A program made the translations under genes and the position numbers. This document shows positions 36,238-48,200 of a stretch of DNA of 64,000 nucleotides, piece after piece. Within the stretch, counting starts at the first letter, position 1. Each line of letters opens with the position of its first letter. Origin of the DNA: Cyanophora paradoxa CCMP329 (Eukaryota > Plantae > Glaucophyta); contig QPMI01000193.1 of NCBI GenBank assembly GCA_004431415.1, positions 1 through 64,000 of the forward strand. The letters run 5' to 3'. A model generated the notes under the pieces. It saw nothing but the letters and a program-made list of their open reading frames with translations. It made no database searches and had not been told where the DNA came from.

Positions 36238-39200
36238 ATGGTACGGGAGGCCCCTCTCTATCTCCGCCCACCTCGCGAGCTCGGGCTTGTGTACGTCGGA
36301 GCACAGGCCGGAAGTTTACGAAGCCTCGAGCGAGCAGCCGCGAGCTAGATTCGTCGATAGACGCTGGTGGCGATCAGTCAGGCCCTAAGCTAGTCCCGGG
36401 ACACTTAAACTGGCAGCGACAGCTGGCTTCCGTGCCGCACATTGACCCCGCTGCCCGCAGACTGGCGGCGCCGCGTCCACCTCCAGCTGGGTGGCCGCGA
36501 ACGTCCGCGGAACCCCTCCGCCTGCGAGGGCCGGGCACTCGCTCAGCCTCATCCAATCCTCGCGGCGGGTGATTCTCTTCGGCGGGTGTGGCTCGCTCGG
36601 CCCCGGCAAGGGCGGCGGGACGTACAACGACACATGGTTGCTTCAGCTTCCCGACCGCGACAATGGTGCGAATATGCGCGATCTAAAGTGGGGCCCCACC
36701 CTCCCATCGCTGCGTGGCTCTCAGCGCATCTAGTCGCCCCTAAAGCGGCTCCAAAGCCTCAGAATGAGATTTTCAATCCAGCGAACCTCGGCGAACGCTT
36801 AGCTCGGGCCGCGGCTGACGCCGTGGTTCCGCGCAGACGCCCTCGAGTGGAAGCAGCTGGAGACGCGGGGGGAAGCCCCGCCCGCGCGCTGGCGACACAC
36901 AGCGAACGTGATTGAAGACAAGACGCTCGTCGTCTTCGGTGGGCTTTCCGGCGGCAAGCGATTCGCCGACGTTTACACGCTGGACCTCGGTCGGCGGAAC
37001 CCGACCCCCTCTCTGGCGCCGCGCGCTTAGCCGCGCGCAGAGACGAGCGTGTGGACGCGGATCGAGTGCAAGGGGGCCGTACCGCCGCCGCGGGCGCACC
37101 ACTCGGCGACCCTCGTGGGGCGGATGCTCTACGTCTTCGGGGGGTACGGCGGCCAGGGCGTCTTCCACGGCGAGCTCTATGTCCTCGAGATCGGTGCGCG
37201 TACCCCCCTTCGCCCCCTTCCGCGGGGGCTCGAGCCGGGGCGGGGGCAGACACGTGGACGTGGGTTAAGCCGGCGACAAAGGGGACGGCGCCGTGCGCGC
37301 GGTCGGACCACATGGCGGCCTTTGCGAACGGCCGCATCGCCTTCTACGGCGGCCAGGACGGCAAGAACGCCTACTGCGACATGCACCTCCTCGGTCCGCG
37401 CCGCGCCACCGCCCATCGCCCCCGCCGCGGCGCGGCCCGCGCCGACGCGGGGGCCCGGGTACAGAGATCGAGAGCCTGACGTGGACGCGCGTCGGGGGAG
37501 AGGAGCTGCCCTCGTGGGGGGCCCAGCCGCTCTCCTCGGGCTCCATCGAGACGGTCGAGTCCGTCCCCGACTGGAAGGCGTTCGTCTTCGGTACACCCCG
37601 CCCCCCGCCCCGCCCCTCCCTCCCCCCCCCCCCCCCCCCCCCCCAACCTCCCGGCTCCCCGTCCTTGCCCGTTCGAATGAACGCGTTTCCGCCAGGCGGG
37701 CGCACCGACTTCATGAAGTTCACGAACGCGGTGTCTCTCGTCGACATGGGTTCGTTCTTTCTCGCCACCCCCGTCCGACGTCGACGGCTCACGCGCCCCT
37801 GCAGGGAGCATGTCGTTCTCGCCCGTCTCGTGCTCTGGAACCGCGCCGAGCTCCCGCGAGGACTCCGCGATGATCTACGATGCGAAGGTGCCCCGCCCGG
37901 ACTCGAGCCGGCGCCTCTCCCGTTGCCGACGGGGCTCGCGCCGGCAGTCCTCCCGGATGCTCCTGTTCGGCGGCTGGAACAACAAGTGGCTGGCCGACAC
38001 GCACTACCTCAGCGTCGGTTCGAAACCGGCCGGGAACCTTTCCGCTGCGCTCCGGCCGACCGGCGCGCAGCCGAGATCGTGGGCCCGCCCTACGCGGTTC
38101 TGGGCCTGGAGCCGCAGATCGGGCCCGTCACGGGCCGCACCACGGTCACCCTCAAGGGCATCCGCTTCTTCGAAGCTGCCAAGGCGAGCCCCGGGCGATC
38201 GCTGTACCCCCGGGGCGTCGCGCCGACTGACCGCGGGGCCCCCGCAGATCGACGTCCGGTTCTCCTGGAACGGCCAGGAGGTGCTTGTCCCCGGCAAGTT
38301 CATCTCCGACACCGCGATCCAGGTTCGAGTCCGGATGGGGCCCCTTTTTTTCCAGCTCGCGCTGAGTGGCCGGGGGCGCAGGCGGTGACGCCGTCCTTCG
38401 AGCGGTTCGGGCCGCAAGTGGCGGACGTGCGGGTCTCAATCGGGGGGAAGACCTTCAACCTGCAGGCGACCAGCTTCTTCTACTTCGGTGCGCGCCACCC
38501 CGCCCCGCCGCCCCCGCCGCCCCCGCTCCCGTCGGTCTCCGACGCGGGGGGCAGACGAGACGCGGGCGAACACGTCGCTGGCCTTCGGGCCGGCGATCCT
38601 CGACGCCTCGCCGGCCGGCATCCCCGTGCCCGTGCGCCTGCAGGCCAAGGACTTCAAGGGCATGAACCGCCTCTCCGGCGCCGACCCCTTCAAGGCCCGC
38701 CCCCCCCGCCCCCCTCCCGCTTCGCCTCCCGACTCCTCGTCAGATCGGGGCGACGGAGAACCTGAAGGGCACCCCCGCGGACAGCTTCCTGACGGACAAC
38801 GGCGACGGCACCTATGTCGGCTGGCTTATCTTCCCGTACCCCGGCGACTACGCGGTTCAGGTGACCCTGGACGGCAAGCCCATCCGGGGCGCCCCGTTTC
38901 CCATCAAGGGTACGGCGTTTCCGCGGTCCCGCGCGGCCGGGCGTTGAGCTTGGCCCCCGCGCAGTGACGGACCCTTGGGGCCGGGATCGCACGAGTGGCT
39001 CGGCGCCGCTCATGCGCCCGCGGGTCGACATCGCCCTCGTGCAGGCGAGCGGGGGCCCCGGACCCCGAGTAGCCGGCCCGCGCTCACGGGGCGCGCAGCC
39101 GCCCTCGGCGCCGCGCTCGCTGATCGTGTTCGGGGGGGAGGACTCGTACGACGTCCACCTGCTCAACGTGGACACGCTGGCGTGGAGCGGGCCGCGCATC

Positions 39201-42200
39201 AACGGGAACCAGTTCAGCCCGCGCGTGGGCCACTCGGTGTGCGTCGTGGGGGAGACGCGGGTGGTCGTGATGGGCGGCCACGCCGTGGGCGAGGCCGCCG
39301 AGGGCCAGCTCTTCTTCGAAGACATCCACCTCATCTGCCCCGACAAGGGCGGCGAGGCCTGGTCCTGGCACCTCTGCGGCGCGACGGGCCCCGGCCACGC
39401 CCCCTCGCCCCGCTTCGGCCACGCGACGGCGGCGCTGCCCGGCGGGAAGCGCATGCTGGTCTTCGGAGGCCTGACGAGCGTCTCGAACACGCCGCGGCAG
39501 GGCCCGCCGCCGCCGAAGCACACGGCGGACAAGATCACGGGCATCCTCCTCTCGGACATCCACATCGGCACCATCGACGACGCCGCCAAGATCCAGTGGA
39601 CGGTGCCCGCCAGGGTCGGCGGCAAGATCCCCGCGCCGCGCCTCAACGCCTGCGCGGCGCCCATCGGCCACTTCCTCTACGTGTTCGGCGGGCACGACGG
39701 CGCTGCGCTGCGGAACGACCTGTGCGTGTGCAACATGGAGAACGAGCAGGACTTCGAGTGGGAGGCGGTGGAGCCGAAGGGCGTCGTGCCGCCGCCGCGC
39801 GAGCGCGCCACGCTGGAGGTCGTCGAAGGCGAGCTCTGGCTCCACGGCGGCCTCAGCGCCGGCGGCGAGCATCTCAGCGACCTCCACGTCTACAACGTCG
39901 AGTCGCAGACGTGGCGCCGCGTCTACCGCGAGGTCGGGTCGCGCCTCTCCGTCCTCGTCGGCAAGCGCCTGGTGGCCCTCTCGCACACGGAGACGAGCAG
40001 CGCGTGGAACGTCGTCGAGTCCGTCGAGCCGCTCGCCCTCGCCGAGCACGTCGAGTTCCAGCGCCTCATGAGGTGCGCCCGGCCCGTCTTCCGCGCCGGG
40101 CCCGCTCGCCTGACGCCCCTCGCCAGCATCACGACGCACAAGGTGGCGCGCGAGCTCGACGAGTTCGTGACGGGCCTCGACAAGAACCTCGGCCTCCAGG
40201 TCCAGGAGGGCAACCTCTCCGTCCTCCTCAAGGTCATGTGTACGCCTCTTCGCCTCCCCTCGCCCGCCGCGGACGCCCCGCGCCTCTGAGAGGCCCCTTC
40301 ACAGCGGCGGTCAACGACATCCGGAGCCGCGCCGACGCCACCGACCTGCGCTTCGACACGCTCCGCGAGACGAGTGCGCCGCGGCGCGGCTTACGGCGCG
40401 GTTTACGGCTCACGCCGCTCCCGCAGTGGAGTTCCTGAAGAAGACGGGCGTGGACATGTCGGGGATCGACACGAAGGTCTCCGAGAAGCGGGCCCTCTGG
40501 AACGCGGTCAAGGCCAAGTTCCCGGGGGTGGCGGAGGTGGCGCGGCCCTTCCGCGAGCGCGAGGGCCAGAAGATCCAGCAGGACCTCGCCTCCTTCACCG
40601 AGAAGGCGCACCCCGCGCCCCGTCTCAGCCTGATGGGCCCCCCTCGCTCTGACGTGGCGGCGGCAGGTCGCGGCGTTCCGCGCCGAGTTCGCCGAGTCGG
40701 CCTTCTTCCGCTTCGCCATCGGGACGACGGAGGCGTACGCGGCGCTCGACGCCACGCTCTCCGCCCTCCGCAAGCTCGAGCGCCAGGCGCGCCCCCGCCC
40801 CGCCCCCGCCCCCGCCCGGGCGCGCCGCCTGACGGCCCCGCCCCGCCCCGGCCGGCAGCGCGGGGACCTGGCGAAGTACGCGGACACGTTCGACTTCGGG
40901 GAGCTGATCGCGGCGCCCTCGCGGCAGCTGGAGGAGTGCCGGGAGGAGCTGGTGATGTGCAAGGAGCTCTGGGACGCCGCCTCCATGGTCCTCGGGCAGG
41001 TCGAGGAGTGGAAGGGCACCCTCTGGAACGACATCAACACCGAGTTCATGGACGAGGAGGCCCGCCCCCGCCCCCGCCCCCGCCCGGCTGGCCCAGGCCT
41101 CCCGCGGCCGGTGCCGAGCGCGCGCGCCCGCTCACGCCGCCTCGGCGGAGCGCAGACGAAGAAGTTCGTGAAGGAGATCCGGGCGCTGGACAAGCGTGCG
41201 CGCGGCTACGACGCCTACTCGGGCCTCGAGACGGTCGTCAAGAACTTCCTCACCGTCCTCCCCATGATCTCGGACCTGCGGCACCCGTCCATGCGGGACC
41301 GCCACTGGAGCCAGCTCATGGAGGAGACGCACGTCCACTTCGGTGACCGCGCCCCGCGGCCGGCCGCCGCCCCTCCTGCGAAGCCGCCGCGACTGACTTG
41401 GGCGGCAGAGATGACGGAGGACTTCAAGCTGGCGGACCTGCTCTCGCTGGAGCTGCACAACCACGTGGAGGCGGTGGGCGACATCGTGGACCGGGCGCAG
41501 AAGGAGGAGAAGATGGAGAAGTCGATCGAGAAGCTGCGCGACTTCTGGGCGGAGATCGTCTTCCACTTCGCCCCGCACAAGCAGTCCGACGTCCACCAGG
41601 TCAAGCTCGCCGAGGACGACTTCGAGACCCTCGAGGAGCACCAGGTCCGCTCCCCTCCGCTCCCCCCGGCGGCACCGCCCCCGTCGGCCGACCGGCGGCT
41701 CGGGCCCCGCGCAGGTGATGGTGCAGAACATGATGGCGAGCAAGTACGTGGCCGTCTTCCAGGAGGAGGTGACGCGGTGGCAGAAGAGCCTGGCGGCCGT
41801 CGCCGAGGTGGGCCAGATCCTGCAGGAGATCCAGCGCACCTGGTCCTACCTCGAGGACCTCTTCATCGGCTCCGACGAGGTGCGGCGGGAGCTGCCCGAG
41901 GACAGCGTGCGGTTCGTGGCGGTGGACAAGGAGGTCCGCGCCGTGCTGCGGGACGTCCAGGGGAGCCCCAAGGTCATCGAGTTCTGCAACCGCGACGGCC
42001 TCCTCGCCGTGCGCCCCCTTCTCTCCCTTCTCCGCCCTCCGCACCCCGCTTCCGGCGGCTGAGCCTCGCCTCCGCGACGCAGAGCCTCGGCACGGTGCAG
42101 AAGGAGCTCGAGGTCTGCGAGAAGGCGCTCGCCGACTACCTCGGTCAGCGCGCCTCCGCTCTCCACTCGCTCCGAGGGACCGGCTGACGCGCCCCGCAGA

Positions 42201-45200
42201 GGCCAAGCGGACGGCCTTCCCGCGCTTCTACTTCATCTCGCGGCCCGACCTGCTCGACATCCTCTCCAACGGCAACCGCCCCGCGGAGGTCATGCAGCAC
42301 CTCCCCAAGATCTTCCAGGCCATCAAGAAGCTCGAGCTCACCGGTGACCGCGACCTCGTCGCGACCCTCCTCGCGGTCGGCCGGCCTTCGCCCGCCTCAC
42401 GCGCGCCGCGCCGCGCCGCGCAGACGACAAGGTGGACGGGAACGACGTCAAGGTGGCGACCTCGATGTTCAGTCCCGAGGGGGAGCAGGTGAAGCTCGAC
42501 AAGGCGTACGCGCTGGACGGCAAGGTCGAGACCTGGCTCCACCGCGTCATCCTCGCCATGCGCTCCAGCCTGAAGACCCTCCTCTACAAGGCCGTCACCT
42601 CCTACAACGAGAAGCCCCGCGAGCAGTGGGTCTTCGACCACCCGGCGCAGCTCGTCCTCGTCTCCTCGCAGATCTGGTGGGCCAACGAGGTCGTCGCCGC
42701 CTTCCAGGAGCTCGCCAAGGGCAAGAAGGACGCGCTGCGCGCGTACAACGAGTTCCAGATCGAGCAGCTCAAGCGCGCCATCCAGCTCGTCCTCGGCAAG
42801 CTCGAGCGCAACGACCGCCAGAAGATCATGTGCCTCATCACCCTCGACACCCACGCCCGCGACGTCATCGCCAGTGCGCCCTCCCCGCGATCGCGACCGC
42901 CGCTCGATCTCATGCGCATCCCAGACATGGTCCGCGACGGCGTCTCGTCGGAGCAGGCGTTCGGCTGGCAGTCGCAGCTGCGCATCCGCTGGGACGAGCA
43001 GGAGAAGGTATCGATCTTGCTCTTCGCTGTTTTTCTCAAGTGACGCAGCGCCAGGACTGCTTCATCAACATCTGCGACGCCGAGTTCCGCTACGGCTACG
43101 AGTACCTCGGCAACGGCCCGCGCCTCGTGATCACCCCGCTGACAGACCGCATCTACATCACCGCCACGCAGTCGCTCCACCTCGTGCTGGGCTGCGCTCC
43201 CGCCGGCCCCGCCGGCACGGGCAAGACGGAGACGACGAAGGACCTCGGCTCGCAGCTCGGCAAGGCGGTGTACGTCTTCAACTGCTCGGACCAGATGGAC
43301 TACCGCACGATGGGCGACATCTTCAAGGGCCTCGCCTCCTCCGGCGCCTGGGGCTGCTTCGACGAGTTCAACCGCCTCCCCGCCGAGGTCCGGAGCCGCC
43401 CACACGCACGCAGCTATGCGCCGCGCTTCTAACGTTCGGCCGCCCCGCAGGTGCTCTCCGTGTGCTCGGTCCAGTTCAAGAGCATCCTGGACGGCATCAA
43501 GGAGAAGCGGGACACGTTCCAGTTCCTGGGGGCCCCCACGAACCTCGACCCGACGTGCGGCGTCTTCATCACGATGAACCCGGGCTACCTCGGCCGCACG
43601 GAGCTCCCCGAGTCCATCAAGACCCTCTTCCGCCCCGTCACCGTGAGCCGTCCGCCCGCTTCCGACCGGTCCGCCCCGGGGCTCACGACCGCGGGGCCCC
43701 AGGTCATGGTGCCCGACCTCGAGCTCATCTGCGAGAACATGCTCATGGCGGAGGGGTACCAGGAGGCCAAGGCGCGCCCCTCGAGCTGCCCTTGTATCCC
43801 CCCCCGCGCCCCGCTCAACCTGACGCCGGGGGCAGATCCTGGCGCGCAAGTTCGTGACGCTGTACGGGCTGTGCCGGGACCTGCTTTCGAAGCAGGACCA
43901 CTACGACTGGGGCCTCCGCGCCATCAAGTCCGTCCTCGTCGTCGCCGGCGGCTTCAAGCGCGCCGAGCCGGCCGTCTCCGAGCACGCGCTGCTCATGCGC
44001 GCCCTCCGCGACTTCAAGTGCGCCGCGGGGCCCCCCTCCCCTCCTCCCCCCCCCCCCCCCCTCCCCCTCCCCCCTCCCCTCCCTCCCGCAGACGACTCGC
44101 CTCTGAGCCTGAGCCCGCCCCGCAGCCTGCCGAAGATCTACAAGGACGACCTCGTCGTCTTCGCGGGCCTCATCGAGGACCTCTTCCCGGGCATCACCAT
44201 CCACCGCAAGCGCAACATGGAGTTCGAGGAGGTGCCCGCCCCGCCCTTCGAACCGCGCCCGGGGCCGCCCGCCCGCGCCGCCTGACTCCGGGCAGATCAT
44301 CCGGGGCGTCTGCGTGGAGAGCGGGCTGCAGCCCGACGAGGACTTCATCCTCAAGGTCGTCCAGCTCGAGGAGCTCCTGGCGGTGACCCCGATCCCGCCC
44401 CGCGCCCGGCCCGGGGCGCCGCGCTGAATGAGGCCCGCAGATCCGGCACTGCGTCTTCACGATCGGGCCCTCGGGGACGGGGAAGACGCAGGTCTACAAG
44501 ATGCTGGCCAAGGCGTGGGGCAAGATGGGCAAGAAGACGCACTACAAGGACCTCAACCCCAAGGCCATCACCTCCAACGAGCTCTACGGGTGCCCCGCCC
44601 CGCCGCCCCGCGCCGCTTCGGCTCTGGCGCCAGCGGGGCCGACGCCGGGGCAGCTACGTGCAGCTGGCGACGCGGGAGTGGCAGGACGGGCTCCTCTCGA
44701 GCGTGATGCGCGAGTTCGCGAACAGCAGCGACCCGAACCCGAAGTGGATCATCCTCGACGGCGACCTCGACGCCAACTGGATCGAGTCCATGAACTCCGT
44801 CATGGACGACAACAAGGTCCGCTCGCAAGCGCCTCGCCCCCGCTGCTTCCCCGCCTCCGGCAGACCGGCCCGCCCGCCCCCGCCGGCGCGGCAGATCCTG
44901 ACGCTGGCGTCGAACGAGCGGATCCCGCTGACGTCGTCGATGCGGATGATCTTCGAGATCCGGGACCTGAAGTACGCGACGCCGGCCACCGTCTCCCGCG
45001 CCGGCATCCTCTACATCACCGAGTCCCCCTCCCAGTGGCAGTCCTTCGTCAAGGCGCCGCCCCCGCCCTCGCCCAGCTCCGCCCCCTGCGCCGCGCCTCA
45101 CCGGGCCCCCGCCGCGCAGAGCTGGATCGCGCGGCAGGAGGAGTTCGGCGACGAGATGCGGGCGCTGGTGCAGGAGCTCTTCGACCGCTACGTCGCGCCC

Positions 45201-48200
45201 TCCCTCCAGTTCGTCCGCAAGAACTTCAAGCACATCGTCCCCGCCCTCGACTTCAGCGCGCCCCCGCTCCGCCTCCGCCCCCCCTCGCGCTCACGCCGGC
45301 CCGCCGCAGACCTCGTCCAGTCGCTCTGCTTCCTGCTGGAGGGGATGCTCACGCACCAGAACTTCCCCCCGGCGCAGCCCCTCGACAAGAACTCCGTCGA
45401 GGTCTACTTCGTCTTCGCGGCCGTCTGGGCCATCGGCGGCCCCCTCGCCTCCACCGAGAGTGCGCCCCGCGCCCCTGTGGGGCTCTCCCTCTTTTGCCGG
45501 CTGAGCGCCTCCGCAGCCGGCGACGACAAGACGAAGTTCAACCACTGGTGGAAGGAGCAGTGGACGGCCGTGCGGCTCCCCGCCAAGAGCAAGACGACCG
45601 TCTTCGACTTCTACGTGGACGACAAGACGCGCAAGTTCAACCCCTGGTCGCAGCTCGTCCCCAAGTGCGCCCCCGCTCTTCTCGGGCTCCTCGAGGTCCC
45701 CCGCTGACCGCGAGGCGCCGGAAGGCTCGAGTTCGAGTCGCAGAGCATGTCGATGGCCTCCTTCACGGTCCCGACGCAGGAGACGATCTGCAACATGCAC
45801 TTCCTCTCGCTGATGATGGACCGGGCGCACCCCGTGCTGCTCGTGGGCACCGCCGGCTCGGGCAAGACGCAGCTCGTCAAGGAGAAGCTGCGCCGCCTCC
45901 CCGAGGAGATCGTCTACCAGACCATCAACTTCAACTACTACTCGTGCGCCTTCCGAACCGAATGAGAACTGCTCCTTCGCTCGTTCATTCCCGGCGCTCC
46001 GCAGGGACTCGCTGGGCCTGCAGGCGGCGCTCGAGCAGCCGCTGGAGAAGAAGGCCGGCAAGAACTACGGGCCCCCCGGCACCAAGAAGCTCGTCTACTT
46101 CGGTGCGCTCGTGCTTCCATCTCTCGTCGCCGATCCGCCCGCGGCGCCTGGGCGCTCACGGCCGCCGGCGGGGCGCAGTGGACGACCTGAACATGCCGCA
46201 AGTGGACGCGTACGGGACGCAGTCGCCCATCGCGCTGCTGCGGCAGCACATCGACTACGGCCACTGGTACGACCGCAAGAAGCTCTCGCTCAAGCTCGTC
46301 CACAACTGCCAGTACGTGAGCTGCATGAACCCCGCCGCCGGCTCCTTCAACATCAACCCGCGCCTGCAACGCCACTTCTTCCTCCTCTCCGTCGCCTTCC
46401 CGGGGCAGGACTCGCTGATGACCGTCTTCAACACGTTCCTGGAGGGCCACCTGAAGGCCTTCGACGAGCACGTGCAGCGCATCGGGCCGAAGATCATCTC
46501 CTCCGCCCTCGACCTCCACGCCAAGCTCGCCTCGACGTTCCGCAAGACGGCCGTCAACTTCCACTACGAGTTCAACATCCGGCACCTCTCCAACGTCTTC
46601 CAGGGCCTCCTCATGTCGGACGGGCACCACTTCGGGGAGCCGGCCAAGTTCGTGCGCCTCTGGCTCCACGAGAGCGAGCGCGTGTACGGGCGGCCTCAGC
46701 GAGAAGGTCGCCCCGCCGCCCACAGCGCGCGCTCTGGGCGGCCCTGAACGCCCGCGCCCCGGCAGGTGTACAACTCGATCAAGAGCTACGAGGAGCTGAA
46801 CAAGACGCTGGAGGAGGCGCTGGGGGACTACAACGAGACGAACGCGGTGATGAACCTCGTGCTCTTCGAGGACGCCATGAAGCACGTCTGCCGCATCTCC
46901 CGCATCGTCTCCAACCCCCGCGGGCACGCCCTCCTCGTCGGCGTCGGCGGCTCCGGCAAGCAGTCCCTCTCCCGCCTAGCGGCGCACATCTGCGGCTACC
47001 ACGTCTTCCAGGTGAAGCCTACATCCCCGCGCCCCGCTCTTCGCGGCTTGAGCTCACGCGCGCGCTCCAATTCGCCAGATCGTCATCTCCCAAACGTACG
47101 GCACGGCCGAGCTGCGGGAGGACCTCAAATCCCTGTACATGAAGACGGGGTGCGGGCCGCGCCGCGCCGCCGCCGCCCGCTGCGCGCCCCCGCCCAAGCG
47201 CCGACGCGCTCGCGCAGCGTCAAGGAGGAGTCGGTGCTCTTCCTCTTCACGGACTCGCAGATCACCGACGAGCGCTTCCTCGTCTACATCAACGGTGCCC
47301 CCGGGCGTCGCTCTTCTTTCCTTCGCGGAGCGCTCACGCGGGCGCCCTCAGACGTGCTCTCGTCGGGTGAGGTGGCCGACCTCTGGAGCGCGGAGGAGAA
47401 GGAGAACATCATGAACGCCATGCGCCCCAAGGTCCGCCCGGCCTCCCGCCGCTCTGCCGGCGTTCGTGTCGACGAGCTCGGCGGGGCAGGTGAAGGCGGC
47501 GGGGAAGGCGGACACGCGGGAGAACTGCATGGAGGCCTTCTACGACCGCGTGCGGGCCAACCTCCACGTCGTCCTCTGCTTCTCCCCCGTCGGCGAGGGC
47601 CTGCGCGTCCGCGCGCGCCGCTTCCCGGCGCTCGTCTCGTGCACCTCGATCGACTGGTTCCAGCCGTGGCCGGAGGAGGCGCTGCTCTCCGTCTCGCGCC
47701 GCTTCCTCGCCGAGGTCAACCTCGGGGCCAGCGAGGCCGTCCGCGACGCCGTCGTCCGCTTCATGCCCTACTCCTTCCAGGCCCGCCCTCGTCCCGCGAT
47801 TCCGTGTCTCCGCTCCACGCTTCTCACGCGTCGTTTCCCCCGCAGTCGGTGAACGAGGCGTCGCTGCGGTACCTGGAGCGGGAGCGGCGGCACAACTACA
47901 CGACCCCCAAGTCCTTCCTCGAGCTCATCAAGCTCTTCAAAAGCATGCTCGAGGGGAAGCGCTCCAGCCTCACCGGCTCCATCGAGCGGCTGCAGACGGG
48001 CCTCGACAAGCTCCAGAAGACCTCCTCCGAGGTCGCCGTCCTCGAGGAGGAGCTCAAGAACAAGATGGCGCGCCCCCTCCCACCCCGCTTCCTGCGCTCG
48101 GGCTGAATGCCGGGCTCCGCGCAGGTGGAGGTGGAGATCAAGAAGGCGGAGGCGGCGGAGTTCGCGGCCAAGGTCAAGTCCGAGAAGGAGATCGTCGAGG

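Larger units (their letters stand above)
22978..37996. repeat. Segmental tandem duplication, downstream copy (full unit inferred as 14893-37996, ~23.1 kb)
   Basis: Near-identical to 1-14892. This copy continues into the complete dynein gene (...ctggccg|acacgcac), whereas the upstream copy switches to ggcaagcatgcc. Confidence 0.95.

Noticed and set aside
36461-40070. Novel Kelch-dynein fusion, or a separate Kelch gene upstream of dynein
   Set aside because: Kelch-Ig-Ig-Kelch N-termini are the established architecture of the alpha (ODA11/Dyh5-type) outer-arm heavy chain, and the exons splice in frame into the motor.
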